Shown: one piece after another, positions 14,832 to 28,269 of the stretch | Layout of the letters: every line of letters begins with the position of its first letter | Position numbering within the stretch: the stretch's first letter is position 1 | Origin: Balamuthia mandrillaris | Lineage: Eukaryota | Direction of reading: 5' to 3' | Assembly: GCA_031835245.2 (NCBI GenBank) | Contig: JAVKOQ020000020.1 | Coordinates: 186,001-250,000 of the forward strand | DNA: 64,000 nt | Translations under genes and position numbers: made by a program | Notes under the pieces: model-generated | What the model saw: only the letters and a program-made list of their open reading frames with translations | Database searches by the model: none | Told to the model about the DNA's origin: nothing

Positions 14832-15381
14832 GAATTTTATTTTTCCATTGTAAATGCACACCGAAAATAAGAAGAGAGGAAGGAAGGTGCAGCAAGCTAC
14901 AGGGGGGGGGGGGGGCCCCCCCCCCCCATTAGTTTCGTCAAAACCAAGGCTACAGAAGGCGACTCTCTGAAGCAGCGCAACTGGGAGGAGGTCATCGTCC
15001 ATGCCCAAAAAGCAGTGGAACAACCGCCCAAGCATTCTCCGACTAGCTTTCCAAGAAGAGCGCCGTCATCCGTTTTTACCCTCGTGTGGTCTATTGACCC
15101 CCCTGTACAACAGGTTACGTTGGAACCCAACCGGTTAAGTTTCACCGAGATAGTGAAGCGCTCTCCAGCTCCACTGTGGTGGTGTCTCATGTCACATATT
15201 CCACGAATGACCATAAGCAATGCTCTTGTAGTTGTTTGTGCGCACTCCTCCTTCGAGCTTTGTTTTGTTGTTTTTGCTTTTGTTTCCAATGTCTTCCGTT
15301 CTTCATCGAACTTGGTTCTTTTTTGTTTTTTGCTACGTTTCCTCCTCCTTCACCCCATCTCAAGGATAAACTGCTGCACAG

Positions 15382-15750
15382 ATGAACGACATTCCGCTTC
15401 GTGGCTTTGACGAGAGGACCTTTCTCCCGGTCGAATGGTGGGAGCTTATTCTCTCCGCTCCGCCCTCCCTTATGGCCTTCCCAGAGGATGAAAGCGCTTT
15501 TGATCGAAGGATTCAGACGTCTCGGCATCCTCCAAGGATGTGTTTGCTTGCAGATGAATCACAATACGTAGAATCTCTTTTGGACGATCTTCTTTTTGGA
15601 CCACAGTCTTCCGACTGTCTGGCTCCTCTCCGGAACTCCTCTCTGGTTTCCCGGCCAAAAGGAGGAAGCAAGGCCTCAAAGGCTGCGATCAAGAAACCTT
15701 GCAAAAGAAAGATGGATGGCATTTTGTGCCAAAAAATACCATTGACTTAA
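15382..15750 (+). CDS. Divergent, shortened tandem-array protein, copy 5 (122 aa)
   Basis: WWELILSAPPS matches copy 1 WHQLLSSAPSS, and VESLLDDLLFG matches VEHILEQLLFG. Basic tail KKPCKRK. Lacks the PAIGSGL motif. Confidence 0.55.
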   Translation: MNDIPLRGFDERTFLPVEWWELILSAPPSLMAFPEDESAFDRRIQTSRHPPRMCLLADESQYVESLLDDLLFGPQSSDCLAPLRNSSLVSRPKGGSKASKAAIKKPCKRKMDGILCQKIPLT

Positions 15751-15875
15751 AATTGACTGGCGTTTGCACCCAAATCTTTTCATTGACTTGGAATTGTCTG
15801 GCGCTTTTTCGCCAACCATTATCATTGACTTGGAATTGACTGGCATTGTTTTGCCAACCATTATCATTGACTTGG
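15740..15875. repeat. 41-42 bp minisatellite, about 3.3 copies
   Basis: Units start with CATTGACTT at 15740, 15781, 15823 and 15865. Confidence 0.9.
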
Positions 15876-16067
15876 TACGACCGTCCCCATCAGAAGTCCC
15901 GATCAGAAGTGAACTCCGACTTCTACTTCCGCGGATGACTTCTACTTCTGTCTTTTTTTTTGTAGACGCTAAATGATTGAAATTTCCCAAAAATAAAGAG
16001 AGAGAAAACGGCGTAGCACTTTTTTCGTTTTCGCAACGAAGAAGAACAAAAGAGTAGCAAGGGGTGA

Positions 16068-17162
<1,095 letters not shown>

Positions 17163-17299
17163 AAGATTTACCAACACACGACTTATTTTTCCCTCTTTTT
17201 CTTTGCCTTTCCAGTCAGCTTAATTTAATTATTTTTTTTATTTTTGTATCTCATTATACGTTTATTTCCATTCCTCTTTTTTTTTCCTCCTCTGTTCTC

Positions 17300-18495
17300 T
17301 CAAGAAAGAACAGAGTACTTTACTCGAACGACTTTCTTTCTCGAAGTTATCCGCTCCACTTTCATTCCGCCTATTTCCTTGATGCTCTTCACATGAGTTC
17401 CTCCACAAGGACAAGCCGCTCCTTTGTTCCTTTTCCCGCTGTCTCCACTAAGCAACACAACAATTCGTATCGGCTCTTCTTTCATTTCTGCTCCGTCTTT
17501 TGCTGGAGGAGGAAGCACGTCGCTTGCGTCGTCTCCACAAATGGCTTCAGCTTCTGAGCGGGAGTGTGTCAGGTGCACTTGGACCGGGTCCTCGTGCAGA
17601 GAAATCATTTGGTTGCACTCCTGTTCGAGCTGTTGGCGAATGTCCTCGAGGAGAGCTGCAGGTAAGCTGCCTTTGTACTCCACGTAGGGTCCATCTGGGA
17701 AGTGGTAGCCTTTGCCTGTATTTGTTCTGTTAGTTTTTGAGAAGAGAGGACAAGAAGGAGACGAAGAAGAAGAACGATGAAGAAGAAAAAGAAAGAGCGA
17801 GAGCAACAAGAAAACAAAACAAAGAAGAGAGAATGGAGTTGAATAGAAGAGGAAACAAGAGAACGAGAAGAATAAAGCGAGAAAGGTTAACCAGGAACAA
17901 GACGGAATGGCTCGGGTTGACGTGCAAGCACTTTGGCAAAGGCGATATCCAGGAGGTGGCCTGCCGAATGGAGACGGGCGTGGAGCCTTCGTTTGTCCTC
18001 ATCGATTTGGAGGTCGACCAGTTCTCCTTCCCGAAAGGTCGTTCCTTCCTCCGCGAAACAGCCTTTGTGCAAAACAACCCCTTCCGAAGATAGAAGATGA
18101 GGAAAAAGGGCAAAAAAAAAACGAGAGAGAGAGGCAGAGGGGTACCCGCTTGTCGATCAAATCGGGTTTCTTTCACTCGGAAGGAGGCCGTCTTCGACCG
18201 TATCACTCCAGTGTCAAACGGTTGTCCTCCTGTTTGTTAAATCCACCTCTGTGTTAAGCACCAAGCAGATGAACACACACAAAGAACAAAAAAGCGGACC
18301 TCCTTGTGGGTGAAAGATGGTTTGATCCAAAATCACGGTTACGCTCTTCCCGTTCGTACCATCGTCCTCTGCTGTGGTCACTTGAAGAACCTTTGCAGCG
18401 CCCTCCAACGCGAAGCGATAGGTGTCTTCCCAGTAAACCAACACCGTCGGCGGCAAGTTTACAGCAGCCACACCCGAAGCAGACGAGGAAGCCAT
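17300..18495 (-). CDS. Free-standing alanyl-tRNA editing protein (AlaX-M type)
   Basis: YWEDTY, VILDQTIFHPQGG, zinc-binding HSAGH and CGGTH motifs, GYHFPDGPYVEY. Confidence 0.9.
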
Positions 18496-18715
18496 GGCTT
18501 ATTCGCTTATTTTTTTTTTTAAACGTTACACAACAAAAAAGAAAGGAGGAAAACGAGAACTGTTCATCAGATTCAAAGCGAAAGAGAGAGAGAGATGTTT
18601 GTTTGTTTGTAATCGGCGGATGTTGTTCATAAATATAAATACAAAGGGAATTTTTGTTAAAAAAAAAACAAAAGAAGTGCACTTTTCGATTGGTTTTGGG
18701 TTGTTGAGGCAAGTG

Positions 18716-19276
18716 TTAAAAGAGGGAGCAGCCCTTCTTTTTCTTCTTCTTGATCATCTGCTCCTCCCCTTTGAACGACCGGCGGATCTCTCGCACCAGT
18801 TGGAAGAAGCAGTCCTCCACGTTGACCCTCGTCTTGGCGCTCGTCTCCAGGAAAGGGCAGCTGAAGCTCTTGGCCAGATCGGCGCCCTCGCTGGTGGCCA
18901 CCTGGCGTTGCTCCTCCAAGTCGCTCTTGTTGCCCACCAGCACCATGGGCACGTTGTCCTCGTCCTTCACCCGCAGGATCTGCTCCCTGAAGGAAATGAT
19001 CTCCTCAAAGCTGGTCCTGGAGTTGATGGCGTAGACGCAGAGGAAGCCCTGCCCGGTGCGCATGTACTGGTCCCTCATGGCCGAGTACTCCTCCTGCCCG
19101 GCCGTGTCCAGAATGTCCAGCAGGCAGACCTCCCCGTCCACGTTGACCTGCTTGCGGTAAGAGTCCTCGATGGTGGGGTCGTACTCATCGATGAAATGGT
19201 TCTGGATGAGCTGGATGGTGAGAGCGGACTTGCCGACGCCGCCACCGCCTACCACTACCAACTTGTATTCGGTCAT
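18716..19276 (-). CDS. RAS: Ras GTPase (intronless)
   Basis: [39 protein letters not shown], polybasic tail and CSLF CaaX. Confidence 0.97.
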   Translation of the reverse strand: MTEYKLVVVGGGGVGKSALTIQLIQNHFIDEYDPTIEDSYRKQVNVDGEVCLLDILDTAGQEEYSAMRDQYMRTGQGFLCVYAINSRTSFEEIISFREQILRVKDEDNVPMVLVGNKSDLEEQRQVATSEGADLAKSFSCPFLETSAKTRVNVEDCFFQLVREIRRSFKGEEQMIKKKKKKGCSLF

Positions 19277-19601
19277 TCTTCTCTCTCTCTCTCTCTGCTA
19301 CCTTTTTTATTTTGTTTCTTTGCTTTGTTCGCTGCTTCTTTTTTTTTTAAACTTTTGAAGAGGAAAAATTTGCGATTTTTTCCTTTTTATGATCAAAAAA
19401 CCGAAAATATATGATTGGTACGTCTAAAAATAACGTCCAATCGGAAACGTTTCTATTTTTAGCTCCGATTTATCCGTTCTGCCGAAGGAGAACAATTGGT
19501 GAACAACATGACCAACATAACGATCTAGATTCAACAGTGATCTCCCAACCATAAATCAAAAATAATAATAAAAAAAAAGAGCAAGAGAGAAAACAAAAAA
19601 G

Positions 19602-20942
19602 ATGAAGAGTTGGAGCAAAGTGGCCGTCCAAAGGCTGTACTTGCAGAGCAATGCGACACGTTACCCCTCCAAAAAGGCCTACCTGTGTTCCTTGGATAAG
19701 CTGCCTCCGGACTTGCAAGAACGCTTTGTGCCTTTGCACTGCGACGAAGAAGGCCGTCGCTTCGTGGAGGCCTGCCAGGACAGGATGAGCTCACTGGACT
19801 GGAGGGACTCCTTCCTCGTCACCGGCCTGCTCAACCTCTTCTGCTCCGTGACCGAAACCAACGCCCTGCTCGGCCGTGGCCAAATGCACGTCCTCTCCAC
19901 CCAACAACTGGCCCAACTGTTGGACCTTCCCATTGCCTTTGACGCTCTTCTTTTAGACGACGAAGAAGGAGCTCCGTCTTCTTGGCTCAGTTCTGCTACC
20001 TCAACCTCTGCTTCTTCTTGTTCTTCTTCTTCTTCTTCTTCTTCTTCTTCTTCTTCTTCTTCTTCTTCTTCTTCTTCTTCTTCTTCTTCTTGTTCTTGTT
20101 CTTCTTCTTCTTGTTCTTCTTCTTCTTGTTCTTCTTCTTGTTCTTCTTCTTCTTCTTCTTCTTCTTCCTCGCAACACCACTCCAGAGCAATGCGGTTGTT
20201 GGAGGTGGGCGCCGGGGATGGCAACGTGACACGCAAGTTCGTGCCACTACTGGGAGGACCTCACAACATCGTCTGCACAGAGGTCAGCAAAGGCATGGCC
20301 AACCGCCTGCGCGACAGCGGCTTTGCTTGCGTGGAATGCAGCGATTTGTCTCCATCCGTCATTCGCACTGCACTCGCTCTGCTCAACAACCACAGCTACC
20401 ACAGCACTTCTCCTCTGCTCGGCCTCGACAACGCCACAACTGAACCTGAACATGATGCTCCCCGTGACTCGCCCACTCAAACAGGATACAACGGTTCTTT
20501 CTTTGATGTGGTCAGTTGTTTGAATGTGTTGGATCGATGCGACAAACCGAAAACTCTGTTGAGGCAGATGAAGGATGCTCTACGGCCCGGCTCCGGGCGT
20601 TTACTCCTCGCTATCGTCTTACCTTTTCACCCGTTTGTGGAGGACGGGCCGAGCTGGTCCCAAAAACAACCCTCTGAGCAGTTGCTGCCCGCCAACCTGT
20701 GCAACCTGCGGTGCTGCTTCGATTGGGAGGCGACGGTGGAAGGGTTGGTGAAAGACGTGTTTGCTCCGATGGGACTTAAGTTGGAGAAATGGGCCAGGGT
20801 GCCTTACCTGTGTTGTGGCATGGATGGCAAACGAGGTCTGCCCTACCTGTCACTTGACGACGTTATCTTCGTGTTATCACGCGAAGAAGAAGAAGAAGAA
20901 AAGGACCAAGAAGGAAGAACGGGTTGGAATGAAATGAAGTGA
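19602..20942 (+). CDS. METTL9: METTL9/DREV-family methyltransferase with an in-frame poly-Ser tract
   Basis: TNALLGRGQMHVLS, RLLEVGAGDGNVT, TEVSKGM, FDVVSCLNVLDRCDKP, LAIVLPFHPFVE, RVPYLCCG, LDDVIFVL. Confidence 0.88.
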   Translation: MKSWSKVAVQRLYLQSNATRYPSKKAYLCSLDKLPPDLQERFVPLHCDEEGRRFVEACQDRMSSLDWRDSFLVTGLLNLFCSVTETNALLGRGQMHVLSTQQLAQLLDLPIAFDALLLDDEEGAPSSWLSSATSTSASSCSSSSSSSSSSSSSSSSSSSSSSSCSCSSSSCSSSSCSSSCSSSSSSSSSSQHHSRAMRLLEVGAGDGNVTRKFVPLLGGPHNIVCTEVSKGMANRLRDSGFACVECSDLSPSVIRTALALLNNHSYHSTSPLLGLDNATTEPEHDAPRDSPTQTGYNGSFFDVVSCLNVLDRCDKPKTLLRQMKDALRPGSGRLLLAIVLPFHPFVEDGPSWSQKQPSEQLLPANLCNLRCCFDWEATVEGLVKDVFAPMGLKLEKWARVPYLCCGMDGKRGLPYLSLDDVIFVLSREEEEEEKDQEGRTGWNEMK

Positions 20943-20993
20943 TTGTTGATGCAAAAGAAAGACGACAGAAAAAAGAAGCGGCGACTTTGTTCC

Positions 20994-23900
20994 TCATTGG
21001 GAAGGCCAACTGCTGATTAGTTCGAGCAAAGGGGCAGATCGGCACTCATCCAACCCGTTTGCGAGGCATTGCTTGCTGATGAAGCTCATGACTTTGGTCT
21101 TCGGAATACCCGCCATCATCATGTTGTGAGCTGTTTTGTTCATCAAGACTCAGTCTTCATTAAGGTCAAGAAGACTGGAAATAATCAACGTACAGAAACT
21201 GCCTAACAAGCCAAATGTGATGTTCTCTTCTGTTTTAAGGAGGTCACTGCGTTCCTCCTCGGAGGAACCAGACCAAGATCCACTTCCGGTCACTATCAAT
21301 CCTAACTTGTTTCTTTCATAAAACATTTGTTCTTTTTGTTTTTGTTAGTAAGGAGAAGAGCAAAGAGAAAAGGAAGAGAGTATAAGAGAAGCAGAGATGA
21401 CGATACCATAGAATGCAGTGGACCAATAATCCTCGTTATTCCAAATAGCAGCTGCTTTGAGGGTATCCTGAATGTAGAGTTTGTTGTTGTCGCTCCTCTC
21501 ACCCTCCTCTTGCTTTTTCTCACCGTCATCACCGTTCTTCCTCGTATCCATTGAAGAATAAAACCTTCGCAGACTCTCCATCATTGTTCGTTTCGTATTC
21601 TGCTGACTTGAATCTTTCCTTCCGCTTTCATTTCCGTCACTATCGCCGCTGCTGTTGCTATTGCTATTGGAGGAAATGACTGTGTAAAAGGTGCAAGCCA
21701 TGTGCATACATTCTTTGGCAGAGGTGAAGTCCATTTGTGTGTCGCAATGGTGCAGTGCCACCCACAAGAAGCGACACAGCACTGGAAAAGCTTCTGCAGC
21801 AATCTCCATTGTCTGTTGTTTTTGAAAGTAATCAGAAGGACTGGTGGGAGACAAAAGAAAAAGGAGAGAAACGGTGAAGAGCATGACGGATACGTTTGTT
21901 CTTTGGTCGTTGAGGACGGAGCATAAATGCTTTCGCGCACCCTGACGTTCCAACAATCGTTCCATCCTTGCGATAACTTCAGGAGCAGTCTTTGAGGTTG
22001 CATCAATATTTTCTTCTTTACCATCAGTTCCTTCGTTCATCCGATGTTGGCAGAAGTAGGTGAACGGTGGAGGAAGTGTTACCGGCGAAGAAGGCGCAGT
22101 ATTTTCCTCTACCGGTTCTCCATCTTCTTCTGCTTTCGCGTTGAGTTGGTACTCATCCTGACCATCTTTCCATAACGAACAAATAACGGAAGAAATGAAT
22201 AACTTATCCTTTCGTCCAATGGTTCGTTCGGAGTTGATCTTTTCTTCTTCCTTTTGAAGTGTTGCCAATCTTTGCTCTTCCCTCAATCTATGCATTTTTG
22301 CTTCCTCGTACTCTCTTGCATTTTCACTCTCGTGTTTACTTCCTACTTCAGCGTCATTCACCTGGTTGTTGGTTTCTGTCCTCTTCGGTGGTGCTGGATC
22401 ATCTCTTCTTTGACGTCTGATTCTCTCGCTTTCTTTCGCTCGTTCATGTCTTCTCCTTTCCCTTCCTCTTTCTCTGTCTCCTCTACTTTTTTCTTCATCC
22501 TCTCTCTTTCTCCTTTCTTGTTGCCGCCGTCCGTTCTTCCCAAGGAGGAGAATGACTTGTCTATCTCCCATCGCTCTTGTTCCAGTCTCCTCCAAAAACG
22601 CTCTATATTGATCCCTCCAATAACGAACGTCCTTCTGCTGCTTTGCCGAGTTATTTGAAAACGTTCTATAGTTCCTCTCATCCATCGCTTGCCTCAATGC
22701 TTTGATGAAATAGAGATCTGCATCCTCAAAGCTCTTGTATACTCTCCATAGAAAGAGAGCATAGTTACCTAGACTGTCAACATGCTTTCCTCCACTAAGT
22801 TGAATAGCTTTGAGGTAGAAGCGCTCCGCTTGGACATTCTCTCCAAGGACATTCTTCAGGAAGACAGCATAGTTGCAGAGGTTGGCGAGGTTGTGCGGGT
22901 CGGCAAAGAGGCAGCGCTTGTAGAAGCGGTGCGCTTTGTCGGTGTCACGCAGAACGGTCTCAAGAAAGAAGGCGTAGTGGCCCAGCACTTCTCCTTGAAA
23001 GGGATCCAGTTTTACGGCTCGTTCGAATAACGCAATTGCCTGTTGTTGTTGCTGTTGCTGGGCTTCGACCATCCTTCTTCGTCGAACCTCTTCTCTATTA
23101 TAACGTCGCCTTTCTCTATTACTTCCTCTTCCGCTTTCTTCTCTTTCGGGAGGCTTGCATCTTCGAAAGCGAGACAAGAACTTGGCAAAAGCAAAGTGAG
23201 CGTAGGGATGGTCTTGTTGTGTTCGTAAGATGCGTTCGTAGAGCTCCTTTGCTTTACTGAGTTCTTTCTGTCTCTCCAACTTCTGAGCTTTGTAGAGCAT
23301 TCTATTTGCACTAGATAGTTTCCACTTTGAGGAAACTCTTTCTTCCTCTTTCTTCGGTCTTCTGCTATCTTTCCCTTCGTTTTCCTTGTTATTGAACAGA
23401 AGCAGCTGTTGTGAAGACAGGTGTCGTCGTCGCAACTCGTATAGAGGCATCATTCGAACAGGCAAACGTTCTACCTCCAACTTTGCCAATCGAAGGTGTT
23501 TCCACACACGAGTCGTGTGCTCGAGTTCAGGAGGAATCTCTGCTATCGCCGAAACTTGGTTGTTATCATTGTTGCTACTCCCTTTTGTATGGTGGATGTC
23601 AGATAACAGAGCAACACAAATTGAAGGAGGCTGAAAGAAAAGGTGAACCAGATTCCATAGTCAAGAGTTTGTTGGATGCAAGGCTCTCTAGCAACTGTTT
23701 CTTTCGAGTGAGATACTCTGCCTCCGTTATAACTCCTAGAATACCGTTAGTTTGGAAGCAAAAAGCTGAACGGAAACATAAACAAAAGAACAAAGGCAAA
23801 CAATTGGAACAAGGAAGCGAACCTTCTTTGAAGAACTCTAATAAGTTTCCAAAATGGAACCACACCATCTTATCTTCCTCCAATATGTCTTCTTGTGCCG

Positions 23901-25881
23901 TTTTGTTATCCCCGTTCGCTCTCCGTTGTTGCTGTTTTGTTGTTAGCATCGTTTTATCTTCTCTTTGTCTCGCTTTCTCCCACATATCTCGTTCCAACTC
24001 TCTCAACTTGTTCTGCCGTTTGAACCTCTGTTGTTGATAGTGGTCTCTATTAACTTGTGCTAAGCTTAACCCTCCATCTTCCACATCTGTGTTAACCGAG
24101 TAAACTGTCAAACTGGTTGTTGCATTCTTCAGCGCTGAATCGTGTTGGTGGTGCTGATGTGGTTGCTTATGAGCAACAAAAGGGATGTGCAGAGTTTCTC
24201 CGTTGAAAGCTGGATGGGTGTAAGCCAGCAGCAAGCTCACTTTTCGAAAGAAAGAGTGGGGTTTGAATACATCTGCGTCTGTTGTTCCTCCATTGATTCG
24301 GCTTCCACCTTTGGTTCCGAGAAGACAAACGATAAAGCCATAGCCAGTCGAGTAACGTTCCAGTTGGTCTCTGGCCTCAGCTGATAACGAAAAGGATTGA
24401 TACTTTCTCTCATCAACCTGACTGTGTTTTGAGCTACCGTTGCTCGAGTTTGTTTCTTGCCGCTTTTGCTTTGCTATTCTCAGCCTTCTTCTTCTCTCCA
24501 GTTCTAGCTCTACTTCTTTATCAAACTCCACCTCGGTATCGCTTCCATAGTCATCCAGTTGTTCGTTTCGCTGTACCTCGGCGTTGAATTCCTCTTCTGA
24601 CTCTTTATCTTTGTCGTTATCTTGAAGAGGAATATCAACAAACTCCTCTCCCTTTTGCTCGTCGTCCCGTTTGTCCGTATTTTCTCCTTTATAAGCGCAG
24701 ATGTGGAGAAGTTCTTTCAAGCTTTGAACGGCGTATATTTTGCGAGGTTGCTGCGGCGGATGGTGCCGCTGTGGTTGCGGCGTGCGCACCTCTTCTCCAG
24801 CTTTTTTTCAGAAATTAATGAAGGGCAGCTTTCATTAAAGAAGCAGCAGAAAGAAGCCAAAAGTACCTAATGCATCCCAATACTCTGTACTGTTGTAGGA
24901 GATCTCATCAACGTCCAAAGCTTCCTCAGATTCTCTTCCACTGTTTTTGGGGTTTGGCTGCGTGAACGTAAGGTACGAGGTCGGAATGTGCCTTTCTCCG
25001 TTTAGCAATCCCAAAGGATGACGATGCCAGCTATGTCTCTGTTTTGCAGCTGGGGAGCCAACTGTAAAAGCCTTGGCTTCTTCGTCGCTTAGATCGTCGG
25101 TGTCATCGTCCTCTTCATCATCTTCGTCACTATGAAGAGTTGCATCATCTTCCTCATCCTCAGGTTCATCTTCTTCATTGTCGTCACTATCTAACAGAGA
25201 GTTCTCGGCTTGATTCGCGGCTTCTTCCTCTCTGTTGCACGTTGGATCAAGGTCGAAGCTTTCACGACATACGGAGAGAACGTCGGGATAGTCAGAGACA
25301 TCATGAAGTTCGAGCGAATAGTGGCCTGCGTCTTCTTGGGGAAGGGTCCTTCCTCCTCGCGGGACCTTATTAGGAACCGGGAGTATAAACACTTCGTCTT
25401 CGTCGCCGCTGTGGTTGTTGCTATTGGCTGTACCGTCTCGTAGATGGTCCTTTCGTTCACTGCCATCATCTGCTGAGTGAGAGGGAGAAGCAGAGCGAAG
25501 CAACAACGTTGTTCGGAGAATGGTCAGCTGCCCTCTTCGGCCATGCGTCAAGCCCACGAGAACCGAGGTATTGCCCACCACGCAGGCGTTCGAGTTGTTT
25601 AACACCCCTGCCATGCCCGTGTACCACTCCAAAAAAAAAAAAAAAAACAAACCCAAGTAAGAAGGGGAAAGGGAAAAAACAGGGCGGGGAGAGGGCAAGC
25701 TTCTTATCTTAACCCACCCGTAGGCCTCTCCGCTTCTTCTCCTTCTCTTGTTTCTCCAAGGCAAAACAAACAAAAGGGCACCTAAAAAAGGAGAAGCAGC
25801 GAATGCACAGTTTTTCTTTTGCTGAATGTTCTCTTGTCCTCGCTCCTGTCTGTCGACAGTATCGGCCAGCGTGGGCAACAT
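20994..25881 (-). CDS. Large TPR-repeat protein with a C-terminal SBF2/MADD-like domain (multi-exon; start uncertain, alternative ATG at 25614)
   Basis: TPR/HAT-like repeats (LGHYAFFLETVLRDTDKAHRFYKRCL, LCNYAVFLKNV, LGNYALFLWRV). C-terminal ECMHMACTFY, IWNNEDYWSTAFY and AHNMMMAGIPK. Stop at 20994. Confidence 0.7.
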
Positions 25882-26216
25882 TGTCTCCAAAAGCTAAATT
25901 TGATTCAGCCGACCAATAGCGGGTTGTTGTTTGCGGGGTGTTACGCGGTGACCTAACAGTTTATTGCTAATTCTTCGTAGCGGGTGGTCTTGTTGTGGGT
26001 GTTACGAGGTAACCCAAGTTCGTTCACCAGTTTATTGGCATTATGCGAAACCCGAAGATAAAATTGCTTATGTAACCCTCGACCGGAGTTGAAAATAAAA
26101 AAAGCACCCCGCCTTTCGGCTAGCAGATATAAATACAACAACAATTATCATAAAAACACCACAGTCCGACTCTACACCCACACAAGAACACTCTTTTCAC
26201 CACAATCATTGCTATA

Positions 26217-27551
26217 ATGGCCTCCTTTCTGGCCCTTTTCTGTATTGCTATGTGCATCTCTTCCTCCTTGGCGTGGCAGTCACCATGGGAGAAATTAACT
26301 GTACGTTTTCCTTTTTCAAGAATAGAATCTTGCTTAGGTCTGAGAGAGAGTTATTCCTAAACTCTCTTGTTCCTCTGTCCAGACGAATGCCAACCCTGTA
26401 CCTAATATTGGAGCTCATGAAGCCGTGGCGGTGATGTGGAAAATTTACGTTTTTGGAGGACTCACCGAGAATAGGACGCTCGATTGGCCCGAAGCGTGGA
26501 CGAGCATGCCCAACGCTTTGAGGTTTGTGCCCTTTTTGTTTTTTTCAGCAAACCTTTTTTAGACTTTGGAACATATCGCTGAACTGGATTCCGCTTTCAG
26601 AGTTTTTGATACCATAACAAACCAATGGAGTGTCCCTACAACGACTGGACCAGTGCCTCCGGGCAGGTGAGCCTTTACATTCCAACCCCCCCCTCTCGTC
26701 TTCTGTTTGCTGATAGTTTTTGTGTACCATTATTTGTTGTTCCCGCCAGGGCCTGGTTTGCAATGTCTGCTATTGGCTCCACCCTGTATGTTTATGGAGG
26801 GCAAGGCTTCGACCCTGTCAACCCGTTCGGAGATTTCTATTCCTTCGACACACTCACCAACACGTGGACCAACTTGACGAAGGAGGGCGGTTCCGAGACT
26901 TATCCAGTCCCAGCCCAAGGCCCCGCTCTTGTCGAAAGACAAGGCAAACTGTATCTGTTCGGAGGATACGGCTCAAACGACCTCTGGGAGTACACGCCGT
27001 CCAACAACAGCTGGCGCGTGATGGAGACGACTAACGGAATTAAACCGCCTGTGAGGTCCTTGCCAGAATTGAAGGTATGGGGGAACAGCTTGATGCTGTT
27101 CGGCGGGGAAGCCTGGGACGATTCCATCGGCTACTTGGCGTACAAGCAAGATATGTGGGAATACGACTTTGGCAGCAGCAGCTGGCACGAACGTGTCCCT
27201 GTCCAAGCGCTGGCCAGACGCAGACTACACTATGCCAGCATCATTGCGGGTAACCAGTGGCATTTCCATGGCGGCGACTACGGGAGCTGCGCCGATTTGG
27301 ATTTGTTGGTCCCCACCACAATGCTGTACGACCTGAGAGACGACGAATGGCGCGACGGATACTTGCCCTTCTATGCCGAAGGACCAGTTGTCAAGAGGGC
27401 CAAATTCACACAAGTAGGCTTCAAGGTCTATATGACCGGAGGTTACGGAGGCATTCATTGCAGCAATAGCCAACAAGAGTACAACAACGACGTGTGGACC
27501 TACGATCCTACCAATATTTTTGTTCCTCTTTCCCTAGGCTTCCACGACTAG
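26217..27551 (+). CDS. Secreted Kelch-repeat (beta-propeller) protein
   Basis: Signal peptide MASFLALFCIAMCISSSLA; repeated LYVYGG, LYLFGG, LMLFGG, HFHGG and VYMTGG with downstream W motifs. Confidence 0.85.
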
Positions 27552-28269
27552 GCCAGCAAGATGGCCGTTCCCTTCGCCTGGTATATATACTATTAGTATT
27601 ATTTTTACATTAAAAAAAAACTCCATTATGTTTTTTAAACTTCTGGTGTATTCTTGCCAGTGGGAGAGCGTGTTGTTTGTAGAAACAAACCAAATCGTTT
27701 GACAAGCGTGGTGTTGAACAGTGGGTCTCGCCTTTCTTCATAGACCCTCTGTTTCTTCGTTTTTTCAACACCATTTGCCTTTTTGTGTGTTCACGGTGGT
27801 GCTTCACAGGAGACACGCTGCCACAATGAGGAGCAACCACAAGTAGGAGCACCACCACGTAGAGGAGCACCGCAAAGAAGAACACAACCACTGCGAAGAG
27901 GAGCATCATCGCGAAGATCAGCACACATTCTTCATGTTTGCCAGCCTGTTGAGCACAACAACGGCAAAAAGTGGGAGGAAAAGGAGCTAGCAGCCAAGGC
28001 AAGAAGCACGATGATATTGCCGGTAACTTGCCAGCATCTTCTCTTGTACAGAACCCGGATCTCTGCACTTTATTGGGTCCTGCACGAGAATACAAGCACA
28101 AGTGCCTGCTCTTGTTGCTGCCGTTGTTGACGTTGTTTTGTTATTTATTTGCACTTTCTTGGTTTGTTCAAACACCCTCTTTCTTCTACTTCTTCTTGTT
28201 CTTGTTCTTCTTCTGCTTCTTCTTGTTCTTCTTCTTCTTGTTCTTCTTCTTCTTCTTCTTCTTTCAATG

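Noticed and set aside
15740..15875. Possible CRISPR-like repeat-spacer array
   Set aside because: The units are contiguous tandem repeats with related internal sequence, there are no unique spacers or cas genes, and the context is eukaryotic.
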